A DNA stretch of 64,000 nt from the human T2T-CHM13v2.0 reference genome, Homo sapiens: the NCBI RefSeq assembly GCF_009914755.1, contig NC_060925.1. The stretch is one strand, 5' to 3'. Below are positions 41,321 through 61,207 of the stretch, piece after piece. A program made the translations under genes and the position numbers. The notes below the pieces were generated by a model, which saw only the letters and a program-made list of their open reading frames with translations, did no database searches and was not told where the DNA came from. The stretch's first letter is position 1. Each line of letters opens with the position of its first letter.

Positions 41321-42320
41321 GTATGTTTCTTTAATTTTACTCACAGAAAGCAAAGGAGGATATACACTTTACTTTTACTACTGGAAAATGACAACTTTGA
41401 CATAAAAGAAAAATAAAATTGAGGTGATTCTTTTTAAAGTTCAAATCGTAGTAAGCGACCATGTCTATAATTCCTGAGGCTGTAATTCTTCCCCAACAAT
41501 TAAAATGCAGGGCGCATCCAGCATCCTTTGTCCACAGAGTTCCATTTGGCTTAGGTGTTTGCATGGCTGCAAGTCTGCAGGCTGATGTGAAGAACCATTT
41601 GTTATTCTTTCTCTGGAGCACAGTGGGAGGATACATATGACTTGACCAAATTTATATTCATAATCCATAGATAAATTCAGGGAAAGACTTAACAATGACT
41701 TACTATGTTTTCAAATGATTTCTTAAATCTATTCATTTAAAGTGTATTAAAATAATTAAGTTACAGTTTAGAGAACATCTTTCATTTAAGAAAACTCACA
41801 GAGAGGATACAAAAGAATTCTGTATCTGCCTTCAATAATGAATAGCTCAATAATTGACTGTGTAATTAAATTATCACCTCTTGACCTGTCTATCATATCC
41901 ACCTTCTCAATTTCTCCATGTTTTAGGAAGGTATTTTTACAAATAATTAAAATGTATTCTTTAAAGCCTAATATTAAAACAGAATAGAGGTAGACTAAAT
42001 TATTGTGCTTTCACCAGATTATTTTTGGACTTCTTACTTTTAAAAGGAGGGGAGTAAGAGTCATTCAATTTTTCCTGTAACTGAATCAGCATAAATAAGA
42101 AGATTCACTCTAAAACAACATGGTTAGACTTGATGACTTCTTAGTTTCCTTCAGCATCTATCTTCCTATGAAAACGTGGATATACTCCTTGGACCCCAGC
42201 AAAACCAGAATCTATAACGAAGATACCTGCATAATCTAGGAAGCCTGGGAAGTTTCTCTCTCTGGGACAGGAGATGAAAAGAACCCTACCTCCAGCTCAA
42301 GATGGAATTGGAAGCTTTTC

Positions 42321-42817
42321 TGTAACTTGAATTCAGGGGTGTTAGGGCCATCCCGACCAGACCATTCCCTTCCCCTCCCACAGGCTTTACAACACAGTCT
42401 CTTGTACTCTCCACACAGCTACCCCAGGGCAAAAGACAACCCCCTCACTTCACTGACTCCTCCAGTAACTATTTGTCCAGACAGTTACAGGATGTGGTTA
42501 ACATGTCTCTTCACCTCACATATCTGTTCACCTCATATGACAAACCTGGCAAAAAACATCTCCAAGATGTGATCAAGACACCTGCACTCCTCACTCAGCT
42601 CCCCCACCCTGGGTGTGAGTCAGTCACACCCAGCTTAGCTCGCCAACCCTGACCCAGTTCCTTGCCCTATACAGCCCTGCTGTAGTCTGTAAGTGGGGCT
42701 GCCTCCTCTGCTTTTGTCAGGAGGTAGCCCGACAGGACTGACAATAAATCAGCTTGCCTGAACTTGGGTCTATTGGCCTCATTCCTTTCTCGGCCATCCT
42801 TCCAGTTATCCCTTATA
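42321..42817 (+). mobile_element. Solo LTR (LTR32-like, family tentative)
   Basis: TGTAAC start, TATA-like CCCTATACAG, AATAAA near 42743, ...CCCTTATA end; ~500 bp, C-rich. Confidence 0.6.
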
Positions 42818-42999
42818 AGGGGATAGAAAAAAAGACGTTACCTCTAGCAGGTTAAAATGTTGGAGCCAAATTTGTTGAATTCCCTGTGTTGAGATATTTC
42901 AAAGCCAATGAACTAATATAAATGATGGAAAAAAGAGTCAATTTTTAGTGAAATCCATTGAGCACCCACTTGAGCAAACTTGACATTACTCCCTAGGAA

Positions 43000-44080
43000 C
43001 AATTAACATAATGTATGGGATGACCACAGAGTAAGGCGAGGCAGTTAAAACTGAGCTAACAGCCAAAGAATAAAATAATTCAAAGTTAAACAATTCACCA
43101 TGAGGAAGGGACACATGAGAAGATTAGTACCCAGAAAAATCAAAGTAGAGGAACAATTTTAAAGTGATGAAAGAATTATTTAAAACTGTTAAAGCTACAC
43201 ACGAAGAAGAGAAGTTATAGTAATTGAAACCTAGAAATTAAAAGCTCAAAAAACTGAGTGAAATAGCTAATTAGACAAAGTTGAATAGATAATTAGTAAA
43301 ATGTAAGAGAGAAGTGAGGACAATACTCAAGGTTAAGAATAAAATGATATAAAGTATAAGAGATCATGTTACATGAAAATATTTAGGAAACAGCTTAGTG
43401 TTTGATGACAACATGAATTTCTATGTAACAAATCCAAATGAATCTAGAGGTAAACTATTAAAATAAATATTAGACTCCAAACTGAGAGATAAAATATTAG
43501 AATAAATATTCGGCTCCTGATAGTTTTCCACATATAAGGCAACTACAGAAAATTAATAATTATCCTTTATCATAACAAAAAATCAATTAGGCAATCTAAA
43601 AAATTAGAGTTTAGGATTATGAAAATGTACCAAAGGTAGATAGTGGTGATGTTTGCACAGCAATGTGAATGTACTTAATATGCTTAAACTGTACATTAAA
43701 AATGGGTAAAATAGTCAATTTTTTGTTATGTATATTTTACCATAATGAAATAATAGAGGTTATACGTTGTTACAATAATAATTGAAAATAATAAAATGTG
43801 TAAAAACTTCACAATGAAAGCTGTAAACTTCTCCTGAAATAAGCAAACAAGAATTTAAGTGTATAATTAAATCGTGTTCATAAATAAAATGATTCAATGT
43901 CTTATGCCAATTTTCTTCATAACATATAAATTAAATGTAATTGTAATAATCATCTCAGGAGTGTTTTACAATGACTCTTGAGATGTTTTGCATAATATTC
44001 AACCTAAGAACAAGTTATTAAGAATAGCAAAGTTAATTTTGAAGTTGATGAATGTGGATGACTTATCTCATAAAATAACA
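43000..44080 (+). mobile_element. Ancient L1M fragments including an L1MB-type 3' end (~43605-43750)
   Basis: TAGATAGTGGTGATGTTTGCACAGCAATGTGAATGTACTTAAT...TTATGTATATTTTACCATAAT. Confidence 0.55.
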
Positions 44081-44318
44081 AGCTTCGTATAGTGTTAAGA
44101 ATATGCAAAGTAGGGAGGGCTCCACAAGGATCCTCTGTAGAGACTGGGATAATTTAAACAGGAGGAGACTGAGTTTTAGAAACTTGGGCATATCTCAGTG
44201 GCACCAGAAGAAAAGAAATGTGGTTAGAGAGATATTGCACGTCATATATCTATTTGAGTGTGAGGACCTATAAAAACAGGGAGTTGGATCTGCTTCTGTG
44301 TGTTAAGAATTATGACCA

Positions 44319-44319
44319 G

Positions 44320-44370
<51 letters not shown>
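44319..44370 (+). mobile_element. Solo poly(A) TPRT insertion
   Basis: G plus 51 A between perfect copies of AAGAATTATGACCA (44305-44318, 44369-44382). Confidence 0.85.
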
Positions 44371-44372
<2 letters not shown>

Positions 44373-44409
44373 ATTATGACCATATGAGAAGATCTGGAGC
44401 AGCACCTTA

Positions 44410-44817
<408 letters not shown>

Positions 44818-45000
44818 TTAGATGATGACTGAGCTGAACCATCTTGAAGGTACTTCTCAAGTACACATAATGCCAAGATCAAGGATCCCAACAGTTAGAG
44901 GTTATGGATATTATTTCCAGAAAAAAAGCTAAAGTAGGAGACAAGCAGCCAGACATGACCCAGAAAGTACATTTTCTATGATGTAGAACTTCATAGTGTT

Positions 45001-45345
45001 TGATATGGTTTGGCTCTGTGTCCCCACCCAAATTTCAACTTGAATTGTAATAATCCCCATGTGTCATGGGGGGTCCTGGTGGGAGGTAATTGAATCACGA
45101 GGGCAGGTTTTTCCTGTGCTGTTCTTGCAATAGTGAATACATCTCACAAGATCTGATGGTTTTATAAAGGGTGGTTCCCCTGCACATGCTCTCTTGTCTG
45201 CTTCTATGTAAGACATCACTTTGCTCTTCCTTCATCTTCTACCATGATTGTGAGGCTTCCCCAACCATGTGGAACTGGGAGTTCATTAAACCTCTTTTCT
45301 TTATAAATTACCCAGTCTTGGATAGATCATTATTAGTAGTGTTAG
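45001..45345 (+). mobile_element. THE1 (C-like) MaLR LTR, extreme 3' end missing
   Basis: TGATATGGTTTGGCTCTGTGTCCCCACCCAAAT...ATTAAACCTCTTTTCTTTATAAATTACCCAGTC. Confidence 0.9.
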
Positions 45346-45908
45346 GTACCAAAATCTGTATTAGTCAGGGTTCTCTAGAAGGACAGGGTTAATAGGATAG
45401 CTGTATATATGAAAGGGAGTTTTTTAAGGAGTATTGACTTACAGGATCACAAGGTGAAGTCCCACAATAGGCTGTCTACAAGCTGAGGAGCAAGGAATTC
45501 AGTCTGAGTCCCAAACCTCAAAAATGAGGAAGTCAACAGCACAGCCTTTAGTCTGTGGCCAAAGGCCAGAAAGCCCCAGGCAAACCACTGGTGTAGATCT
45601 AAGAGTTCAAAAGCTGAAGAACTTGGAGTCTGATGTTTGAGGACAGGAAGCACCCAGAATGGGAGAAAGAAGGAGGCTGGAAGACTTAGGCAGTCTAGTC
45701 CTTCCTTGTTCCTCTGCCTGCTTTCATCTGAGCTGTGCTGGCACCTGATTAGATGATGCCCACTCAGACTGAGGGTCGGTCTGCCTCTCCCCATCCACCC
45801 ACTGACTCAAATGTTCATCTCCTTTGGAACACCTTCACAGACACACCCAGGAGCAATACTCTGCATCCTTCAATCCTATTAAGTTGACACTCAATATTAA
45901 CCATCACA
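45345..45908 (-). mobile_element. MLT2A (HERV-L) LTR plus first ~12 nt of internal region
   Basis: TGTATTAGTCAGGGTTCTCTAGA...TTGACACTCAATATTAACCATCACA; adjacent GGTACCAAAATC (reverse GATTTTGGTACC). Confidence 0.88.
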
Positions 45909-46645
45909 GTGTCAGTTTCCCAAGGGGCCTCCAAGGAACACAAGTAAGAGGCTCACTGGGATGATAACTACATCTTGAGCATCTATGGTCAACCAAGAAA
46001 AATCTAAGATAGCAAGATAGTTAAATACTTCAATCAGCAAACAAACAAGCAAATAACTTTTTTCTTTCCTCCCTTGACTCCTTTATTTTTTTTGTCTTCT
46101 GGAAAGAACAGATGTGTGTTGAGATTTCATCCAGATTGGGAAGACATAAGAGATCATGTCAGATGTCAGCAGCTAGAGAAAAATTAAGGCATTTATACCT
46201 TCACTGAGTCCAACCCATTTAATAAACTGGTTACATAAAAAATAATACAGAGATGATACAGAATACCAAACCTTATCATTTTCTTGAAATTACTATTTTA
46301 ACATTTGTAAAGTTACTCTTTCAGCAGTTTGAAAAAGATTTATTTATGTTAATAGTGTATCTTTTCAGGCAAAAACAAAATTATTTTCTCTATACCAAAA
46401 ATTATAATTATTTGGTGTTACCTTGGTTAATTCTAGGCTTTGCACAAGGAGGATTGTAACAACAACTTAACAGATAAGATAAAAGCTAAACAAACAAAAA
46501 TTTAACCAAAGCTCAGTGTAATAGTCTATACATAAATGATGTCACTCAATTTTCTTCTTGATAAGGAAGAAAAATCATTTTATGAGGCTTGACTACTGAA
46601 GCAAGCTTTAGGTAGATCATTAGATTAAAAATTTTGTTAATTACA

Positions 46646-52905
<6,260 letters not shown>

Positions 52906-53749
52906 GAAATAAACCAATTTTACCAACACACTTGCAGTTTAAAACAAAAATAAAACACAGTAAAAGAAGAAGCTTCCAAATTAAAAGCATATATTTGTGA
53001 TTTCTATTTATTTAGAAAATGCAAGAGGACAACACCCACAAAAAAATAAAAATAAAAATAAAATAAAACTCTTAGTATTTAGTTACATCTAAAAAATTAT
53101 GTTAATTATAACAATATAGTATTATATTAGGTTAATAAGGTTCATTGTAACATATTTTTATTATAAATTTATGTTTATTTGTGGTAGGTGTTTAGGTTGC
53201 TGGCTCAATTATTTAACAGTACTCTTTTCTGTTTTTTTAATAATGAATTTTAAATCTCTTTTCTGATCCTGATAAATATGCTATTTACTCACTTGGTTTT
53301 ATTCCTTCTTTTACTCTTTACGGCTATTTTATTGGTATATTAGAGACAGAGGCAATGAATAGGGCTGATTTATATACAACATTTAACCAAAAATCTAGTA
53401 ATTAAAAAATAAATTCCATTGTTTTAAAGGAACACTTAGCATAAAATTTTAAAAAGTAGAAATAAGACCACAAAACCTTTTCCAAAATTCCAATATCTAT
53501 AGACAACTACTGAAATTCTTATATATTTACTTTCAGACTTTTTCTTTCTATTCATACATACTTGGATACTTTATATCCAAGTCTGTATTCTTTTATTTTC
53601 ATATATCATTATATCAACAGAATTTTCAAACTTTGTTATCAAGTCTTTATAAGCACAATTTCACTAATCCATAAGTATATGAATTACATTTTTTCTCTAC
53701 AAAATTGTATTGGTTTCTCTTGTTTGAAAGTCTGTGCATAAGCTTACAC

Positions 53750-54480
53750 TCCAAGTTTATGTCTTCAGTCTAAACTTCCTTTCTGAATTCTAGTTTCATA
53801 TAATCAACAGCATATTTGATATCTACAATGAGTCATCTAACATTTAAAGTACCCAAAATGTAACTGACAACTTTTCTCCAAAGTATGCTCTCTTGTTCTT
53901 ATTTCAGAATAGGAAACCACTACAACACTGAAGAAAGCTAAAACCGAGGGCATTATATCATCCTTTCTCACACACACGTCCAAGTTCTGTTTTATCTGAA
54001 AAGAATATCTATAGTCTGTGCATTTCTCTCTATCTGTGGCAACCATTACCTAATCATCATTTCCTTCATGGACTACTGTAATAACTTTCTAAATGTTCCA
54101 CAATTACTTTAGCATTTACGGTACTTTATTTAAGATGTTACTCTGTGATAAAACCGTTCAGTGTTCCTCATTGTACCCAGCATAAAACAATATGATCAAC
54201 AAAGTCCTTTAAATATCTGACTTATATTTCTAGTATCATCTTTTGCCTCTCTTCTCCTCGATTCATATATTCTTTCAGTTTAGAATGTCAAGTTCTTTCA
54301 CAGCTTAGTACCTTTGCCAGTGTTTCCACCGATTCTCTTCTCTTTGCACGGGTTTTGGATTGCAAGCTTCAAGCCTAAACTTAACTCTCTTACCATCTTA
54401 CTGTCTTCAGAGAACTTTTATTATTAAAATTCCATGTTTCTGTATCCTCTAGCGCTTACCCAAATTTCTGTGCTATACAG
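53750..54480 (+). mobile_element. L2 fragment
   Basis: CTTCAGTCTAAACTTCCTTTCTGAATTCTAG...CATGGACTACTGTAATAACTTTCTAA. Confidence 0.65.
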
Positions 54481-55224
54481 TTTGATTTCTTCTTTAGCTT
54501 TCAATGTAAATGTTGCTTATTTCTTTCCTATTTGATGTTCTTGTGTATTTTTTAGAAAGTTGGTTGAGGTTTCTGCATTGTGTCATCTTGTTATTTTATT
54601 AGGGATTTTAACTCTGAGTGTGTGAAGAGTTGACCTACAAGCAGAGATCAATGACAAGGAGGCAAGGGCTGAAAGTAACCAGCTCTTCTGAAATTCTGCT
54701 GCACCAATATATGATACTATCATTTAACATTCTCTGCTTCGTCACAGAATCAGATATTCTTTAAAATCAGATGCGACTATGAATAAGTTTTTAAAAATCA
54801 GTTGAAATCTTAAAAGGCAGAGAGTCCAATGCCTCCATTTTATAGAAAGGAAAAATTAAACTTAGACTCTGAAATATTAGGTGCATATAAATATGTTTTT
54901 ATGGATCATCTACTCAATGGATAGAGTTGTATAGTACAGTACAAGCTAGAGTACAATGTTGTGTACTCTAGATTCAGCATCTACTGCATGCATTATTTAC
55001 AGTAATACAAATTTAGCCTAATTGGTCTCCTTACAAATTTACTTTTCTTGCTTATCAGGCACAAAAACATTTAACTCTCTAACTAATGAGTGTATCCTAA
55101 TCTTATCTCACCTGTAAATATTCAGATTAAGCTAAATATATTTATTTAGGAAAGATAAACTATTAGGTCACCAGTAGAATTATAATTTGGAAGCATAATA
55201 ATGAAAGTGAGATGCATTGTAATT

Positions 55225-55370
55225 AAAAACTAGCTGTAATTCTGAATTAAAGAAAGTGGCCCTCTTTTTCCAGCTGTGCCATTAAGTAAATAGTGTTGTG
55301 GTTTGGAGTAAATGATTTAATCTCCTTTGTCTTCATTTTCCTCATTTGCGAAATTTCTAAGCTGAGTAAG
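55225..55370 (+). mobile_element. MIR
   Basis: CCAGCTGTGCCATTAAG...ATTTAATCTCCTTTGTCTTCATTTTCCTCATTTG. Confidence 0.6.
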
Positions 55371-55996
55371 ATCTGGCCAGTCCTTTTTCCTTCAAACTCA
55401 AATTTCTCCTTAGGTAAGTTTGGTATAATGAAGTACTTTTAATATAATCAGATTTATTCTTTAGAAACAAATATGGCTTTTCCAGAATGGCGCATAGTTT
55501 CAACTCAATGTGATATTGTGATACTTTTTATTTCTTTAAGAATATTTTTATTTATTTCTAAGAATTTTTCATTGTTTTAGATACATTTTCCAGAATACAA
55601 GTATCTTTTTGGGACATCATTCTAAAACACCTGAATAAAAACCTCTCTAATACACAATTGCAGTTCTCAAATCAGCCATTTCAAAACGTTGATTCAATAG
55701 TATACAGATCCAAAATAAATGCAATGTCTTCTAAATACATATTGAAATACTTCCTAATAATTTTTATTTATGGTATGTGTAATAAGGAATAAAATAAAAA
55801 TAGCACTAGGAATTCAAAAGAAAGTAGTATATACATTAAAATCAAGGCTGAAATTCATACTTGCTCAATATATTAGGCCAGCAATAACATTTGAAAATCA
55901 TCTCTAAAATCCAGGGCCTGACATAAATTATAAGGAACATACGATAGCATTTTAAAATACGGCTATTCAGTAAGAGTAAATTTGAATTTTCAAAAC

Positions 55997-56340
55997 AGTC
56001 ATTCAATAAATATGTGCTAATCTCAATACTAAGTACCAGACATTAGACTCAGCAGTTAGTGATGGCCAACACAGATTTCTGCCCCCATGGAATTTGTAAT
56101 CTACATGTGCAATATAAATGCTAAGGTTATAAAAGTAGAATGTCCTGTTGGGGTATATGAGAGAGAAATCACATTCACTCATGAGGGATCAGGATAAAAT
56201 AAAGAACTGACAAGTGGGTGAAGGAAGACAGGTGATACTGGTGGTACAAGTGGCCAATGAGAAATCTTAGTAGAAAAAACAAAAACCAAAACCCATGTCA
56301 TGATTGAACACTTCCAAGAAATCCAATATGGTGCTTGCAA
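55997..56340 (-). mobile_element. L2 3' end
   Basis: CATTCAATAAATATG...TACCAGACATT...CTGCCCCCATGGAATTT. Confidence 0.55.
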
Positions 56341-56379
56341 AATGTAAAGGTAAGAGAAGAGAAGAAATATATATACAGC

Positions 56380-56703
56380 GGCTGGGTGCGGTGGCTCACA
56401 CCTGTAATCCCAGCACTTTGGGAGGCTGAGGCAGGTGGATCACGAGGTCAGGAGTTCAAGACCAGCCTGGCCAGCATAGTGAAACCCTGTTTCTACTAAA
56501 AATACAAAAAAATTAGCCAGGCTTGGTGGCTGTAATCCCAGTTACTTGGGAGGCTGAGACAGAGAATTGCTTGAACTTGGGAGGTGGAGGTTGCAGTGAG
56601 TTGAGATTGCGCCACTACACTCCAGCCTGGGCGACAGAGCAAGACTCCATCTTAAAAAAAAAAAAAAAAAGAAAAGAAAAAAAAAAGAAAAAGAAAAGAA
56701 AGA
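56380..56703 (+). mobile_element. AluSg-like with TSD
   Basis: TSD AAGAAATATATATA(C/A)AGC at 56362 and 56704. Confidence 0.93.
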
Positions 56704-59049
56704 AAGAAATATATATAAAGCAGTGATTCTGAATCTTCAGCCCCTGGTCTAGCAGCACCAGCATTGACATAAATATCACCTTTGTGTCTTCCATGTAATA
56801 GATTAGTGATAAAGACTTATTAACTATCTTTAAAATCAAAAGTGTGCCTAAAATAAATTAAAAATGACATTCTTTTTCTATAGCCTGTATATATTTGAAC
56901 ACCTCTGACAGATTTTTTTTTTCTTGTGGTAAAATGCAAAGATAAGTTTTCACCATCATCATCATCACTATTACTTTAACGTGTAAATCTGTAGACAACG
57001 TTGTGAGGAAATGTAAAGAACAAAAAACTTGTTTCAAGTAAGGGTATAGCCTAGTAAAAGTCTGTGTTTTTAAAGAGTGGATTATTAAAGATAGCCCAAG
57101 AATAGGACATATTTTAAAAAATGTTTAAGATAATCTATTTTCTAAAAACAAACTTATTTATAATCAATGAAAATGACCACATTTTTAGTAATAAACACAA
57201 CCAATAAATTTCAATGTTTCTCAAGCAATTTTTTAAAATTATATGGATCCACATGGTGTCTAACCTTGATATGACAAATTAGTTAATCAAAATGTCTGTC
57301 TTTGCCCATGTATGTGTGTGTGTGATAGAGTAGGAAGAGGAAAATAGAGAGAGAGGAACGGTGGAGAATAAAAAAAAAAATCAGTGTGTTGAAATCAACA
57401 TAAGGAAAGGTTGAACCACACATTTCAGGAAGCTAGCAATTCCTTCTCATTGATGCAAGTAGACACCTGATGGTCCTTCATGCACATTATTCATTGACAT
57501 GTCAAGGGACATACAAGAAATAATTTTTAAATGGGCCAGGGAAACATTTTCTGCAATGTGACTTGCACGTTTCACACCATTTTATAATAACACTTTTAGC
57601 AAAAATTGAAGGTACTTAATATAGTCTCTAATAGTTTATTTTAAATATAATTGAAAATAAAGTACATACACCATGGGAACTAGGACTTAGACTGCATTTC
57701 ATTTATAATGTTTTAATGTAGAAATAAATAGAAAGGAGCTAAGAAGTGTTATTATTACTTGGGTAGAGAAAAAGGGAACTGTTGAATTTTTTATTCTTGT
57801 CAAACTCTATGACAAAACATATAACAACGGCATGCTAATAACCTCCCTGATCATGGCGAGAAACAGCATTAATGTGTTTACTGATTAGAGAATTAGAAAA
57901 GGACATGGTTCTTATAAGATCATACCGTTTAAGTATTCTGATCACTCAGTCTACATATATATCTTACAGGGAAACAACGCAATGGCTCCACCAAAATCAC
58001 TTTTATGAGATTTTAGAGTCACTAAGCGTGTTTAAAAATAATCTAGGTCAGCAATTGTGTTCAACTATAGAAACAGACTTGGCCTCTTCTTGGAAGAATC
58101 AATTACAGTTGCCACTCTGATTTTATTGTCTCTCATTTGCCCTTTCCCTCATTACATTGTGTGGATCCTTGTCATTTGGCCACATCTGTTTGCGAGAAGG
58201 TCATGGAGTCAATGTCTTGCATGATCATCAGCATTTGACATCATTAATGTCACTTTGATGCTTCTTCAATCTATCCTGTGATTGCTATTCAACACTCTTC
58301 TTACCTCTTCTTGGGGTGTACACTTTCCATTAACAAAATTTTTCAACTAGTCTCTATTTATTAACAGCTTCTAATTCACGTGTCCATGCATAACTTTATC
58401 CTTGATACATAATCCTTTGTAATTAACTGACTACTAGACATATTTTTGTTGTTTATGCTATTTTGGTTTATAGCCACAACATTCTTGATAGATCTTTTAT
58501 CTCATCAACTTAACTCCTTTATTTATTTGAAGGTAATCCCCATTGCCCATTTGTGTCAGAAGCCTTGTTTTTCCTTATTCTACCAGTTACCTACTCTTAT
58601 TCCTAAAATCTAGGTGGTTTATAAGGCATGCCAATTATTTCCCCTTGAATCTCTGGAACTTCATCTCCCCAAACATTACTGTCACTGTAATAGGAGTAGA
58701 CTAGCGTTCATAAATATTTTTACAATTTCCTACCAAAGCTTGTTTTTGGTCTTCCTTGATAAATCATATAAGTTTACTAATTTTTCTCCATATTTCAGTA
58801 GAATGACTTTTTTCAAAGTCTAATTATGATGACACTGCTTAAAATCCATATTGCCTCCCCAAAACCTTAAAGACAAAATAAAAATCATTTAGCGTGGTGC
58901 TCTAGAGCCTTCAAGATCTAATTTCTGGCTAAGTTTAACAATAACAACTAAAAGTCCCATTGTTTACTTCACTACTGTCTAGTGAAGGTAGTGACAATTT
59001 GCAGAAACTTAAAGCAATTACCATCCACCATACTATGAACTAATCTCCA

Positions 59050-59398
59050 GATTATTCTGGCTGCTGTAACAAAATACTAGGTGTCTTATAAACAACAGAA
59101 TTTTATTGCTGAAATCTGTCAGCACCTTACACCAGAACTGTATGTCCTGGAGGCTGAGAAGTACAAGACCAAGGTGCTGACAGATTCAATATCTGGTCAG
59201 GACCCCCTTTCTGGTTCATAGATAACCATCTTTTTGCTGTGTCCTCAAGTGGTGGAAGGGGTGAGAAATCCCATTTATGAGGGCTCTGCCCTCATGACCT
59301 ACTCACTTCCCAAAGCCTACTTCCTAATACTGTCACCTTGAGAGTTAAGATTTTAATATATGAATTTGGAGGGAGCACAAATATTCAGACCATACCAA
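59050..59398 (-). mobile_element. MLT1A-like MaLR LTR
   Basis: GGCTGCTGTAACAAAATAC...TTATAAACAACAGAA...ATGAATTTGGAGGGAGCACAAATATTCAGACCATA. Confidence 0.85.
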
Positions 59399-59969
59399 GA
59401 TCTTATTCAGATTTCACCACTTTTTTCTCCTAATGTATTGTTTCTTTTTTTCTATTCTAGTACCCAATTCAGCATTCCACATTGCTTCAATCTGTGGCAG
59501 CTCCCCCAGATTTTCTTGTCTTTCATGACCTTGACAATTTTGATGAGTATTCATTAGTCATTTTGTGTAATCTCTCTCAATTTGAGTATGATGTTGGTTA
59601 TATCTTTTCTTGAAATACAAAATTAATTTGTCTCCATTTTTAGACACACTCAGTAATCACAAAATATACTGAATGAACTAAGTACTCATATTTCCAAATT
59701 CCCTGATTTTTCCAACTGTGTGTACATTATAATACCAATTATTCGAAATGTAAAAGTACATAGAATTTTTATACATACACATTAAAATCTTAAAGAAAAT
59801 CTACCAAGGTTTTGAGTGGGTATTTCTTATAAATTTTTAAATTATAGTCATTATTCCCTTATTGTTTCTATACAATATGACTGTTGAAAAGATTGTGCAA
59901 TCTTTTTATAACCTGTCAAAAAAAGAACAATTTAAAAATATATTGCCAAGTCTCCATTGTATCCCACAC

Positions 59970-60293
59970 ACCTGTGACGTTCAACATTGTAGCTACTAGA
60001 CACATGAGCCTTCTTTCTCTTCCTTCCTTCCTTCCTTCTCTCTCTTTTCTTTCTTTCTTTTTCTTTCTTTCTTTTTCTTCTCTTTCTCTATTTGCTTTTT
60101 CTTCTCTATTTTCTTTTTCTTCTCTATTTTTTCTTTAAATTTAAATTAATTAAAGTTAAAAACTGAGTTCTTTAGTTGTACTAGCCACATTTCAAGGGCT
60201 CAAGAGCTACATGAAGCTAGTAGCCACCAAACTGGACAGTAGAGATTGTAGATCACATATGTCATCACGGGAGATCCTACCGGGCAGTACTAT
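59970..60293. mobile_element. MER3-like hAT-Charlie element interrupted by a CT-rich tract (60010-60136)
   Basis: GTAGCTACTAGACACATG...CTAGCCACATTTCAAGGGCTCAAGAGCTACATG..GCTAGTAGCCACC. Confidence 0.7.
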
Positions 60294-60529
60294 TCCTACG
60301 TCAGGATTACTGGAGACAGTTTTTGCATATTCTCATAGACCTACATCCCGGGTTGACTTCACAAATTAGGAGAAAATGTTAAGTTTTGTTATCTATTGTG
60401 AATCTCTAAACTGAAAATTATTCTAGTTAGTTTTGTTATTTGTAAGTATAATTTAGTCAGCAGCCCTTGTCTGTCTTTAGCCAATAGTAGCAGAAAATAT
60501 GTGTTGTCCCCGCATGTGTATGTGGGCAC

Positions 60530-60725
60530 ACTCATATGCAGACGTTACTATTCTATGCACTTGACATTAATTATCTTGTAAAATTGTCACACCATAAATT
60601 ACATATGAACATATCTTCATTTACACAAGGGGAAACTGAAGCAAAGAACTTCCCAGAGTCATAAAAACACTAAATGGCGTACCCAAGATTTGCCCATTGT
60701 CTTTGCCACTTCTCCATGCTATATT
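60530..60725 (-). mobile_element. MIR
   Basis: CATTTACACAAGGGGAAACTGAAGC...CTTCCCAGAGTCA. Confidence 0.55.
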
Positions 60726-60736
60726 ACCCTGTTGGT

Positions 60737-60774
60737 CTTTCTCTTTCTTTTTTCTTTTTTCTTTTCTTTCTTTC

Positions 60775-60834
<60 letters not shown>

Positions 60835-61207
60835 TTTCTTTCTCCTTCCTTCCCTGCCTCCCTCCCTCATTTCTTTCTCTTTCTTTCTTTCTTCTTTCTT
60901 TCTCTTTTTCTTCTTTCTTTCTTTTCTTTCTTGTTTTTCTTTCTTTTCTTTCTTGTTTTTTCTTTCTCGCTTTTTCTTCTCTATTTCTTTTCTTTCTTTC
61001 TTTTTCTTTTCTCTTTTTCTTCTCTTTCCTTCCTTCCTTCCTTCCTCTTTTTTTCTTCCTTTTTCTTTCTTTCTTTCTGTCTTTCCCTTTCTCTTGCTTT
61101 CTTTTTGTCTTTCAGTCTTTCTTGCTCCTCTCTCTCTCTCCCCCTCACTCTCCCTCAATCTGTCTCTCTTTATTTATCTTTTCTTCCTTACTTCTTTTTT
61201 TTTTTCT
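60737..61207. repeat. ~470-bp polypyrimidine low-complexity tract with (TTTC)n core
   Basis: Directly visible; source of the spurious F/L/S and K/R/E ORFs. Confidence 0.97.
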
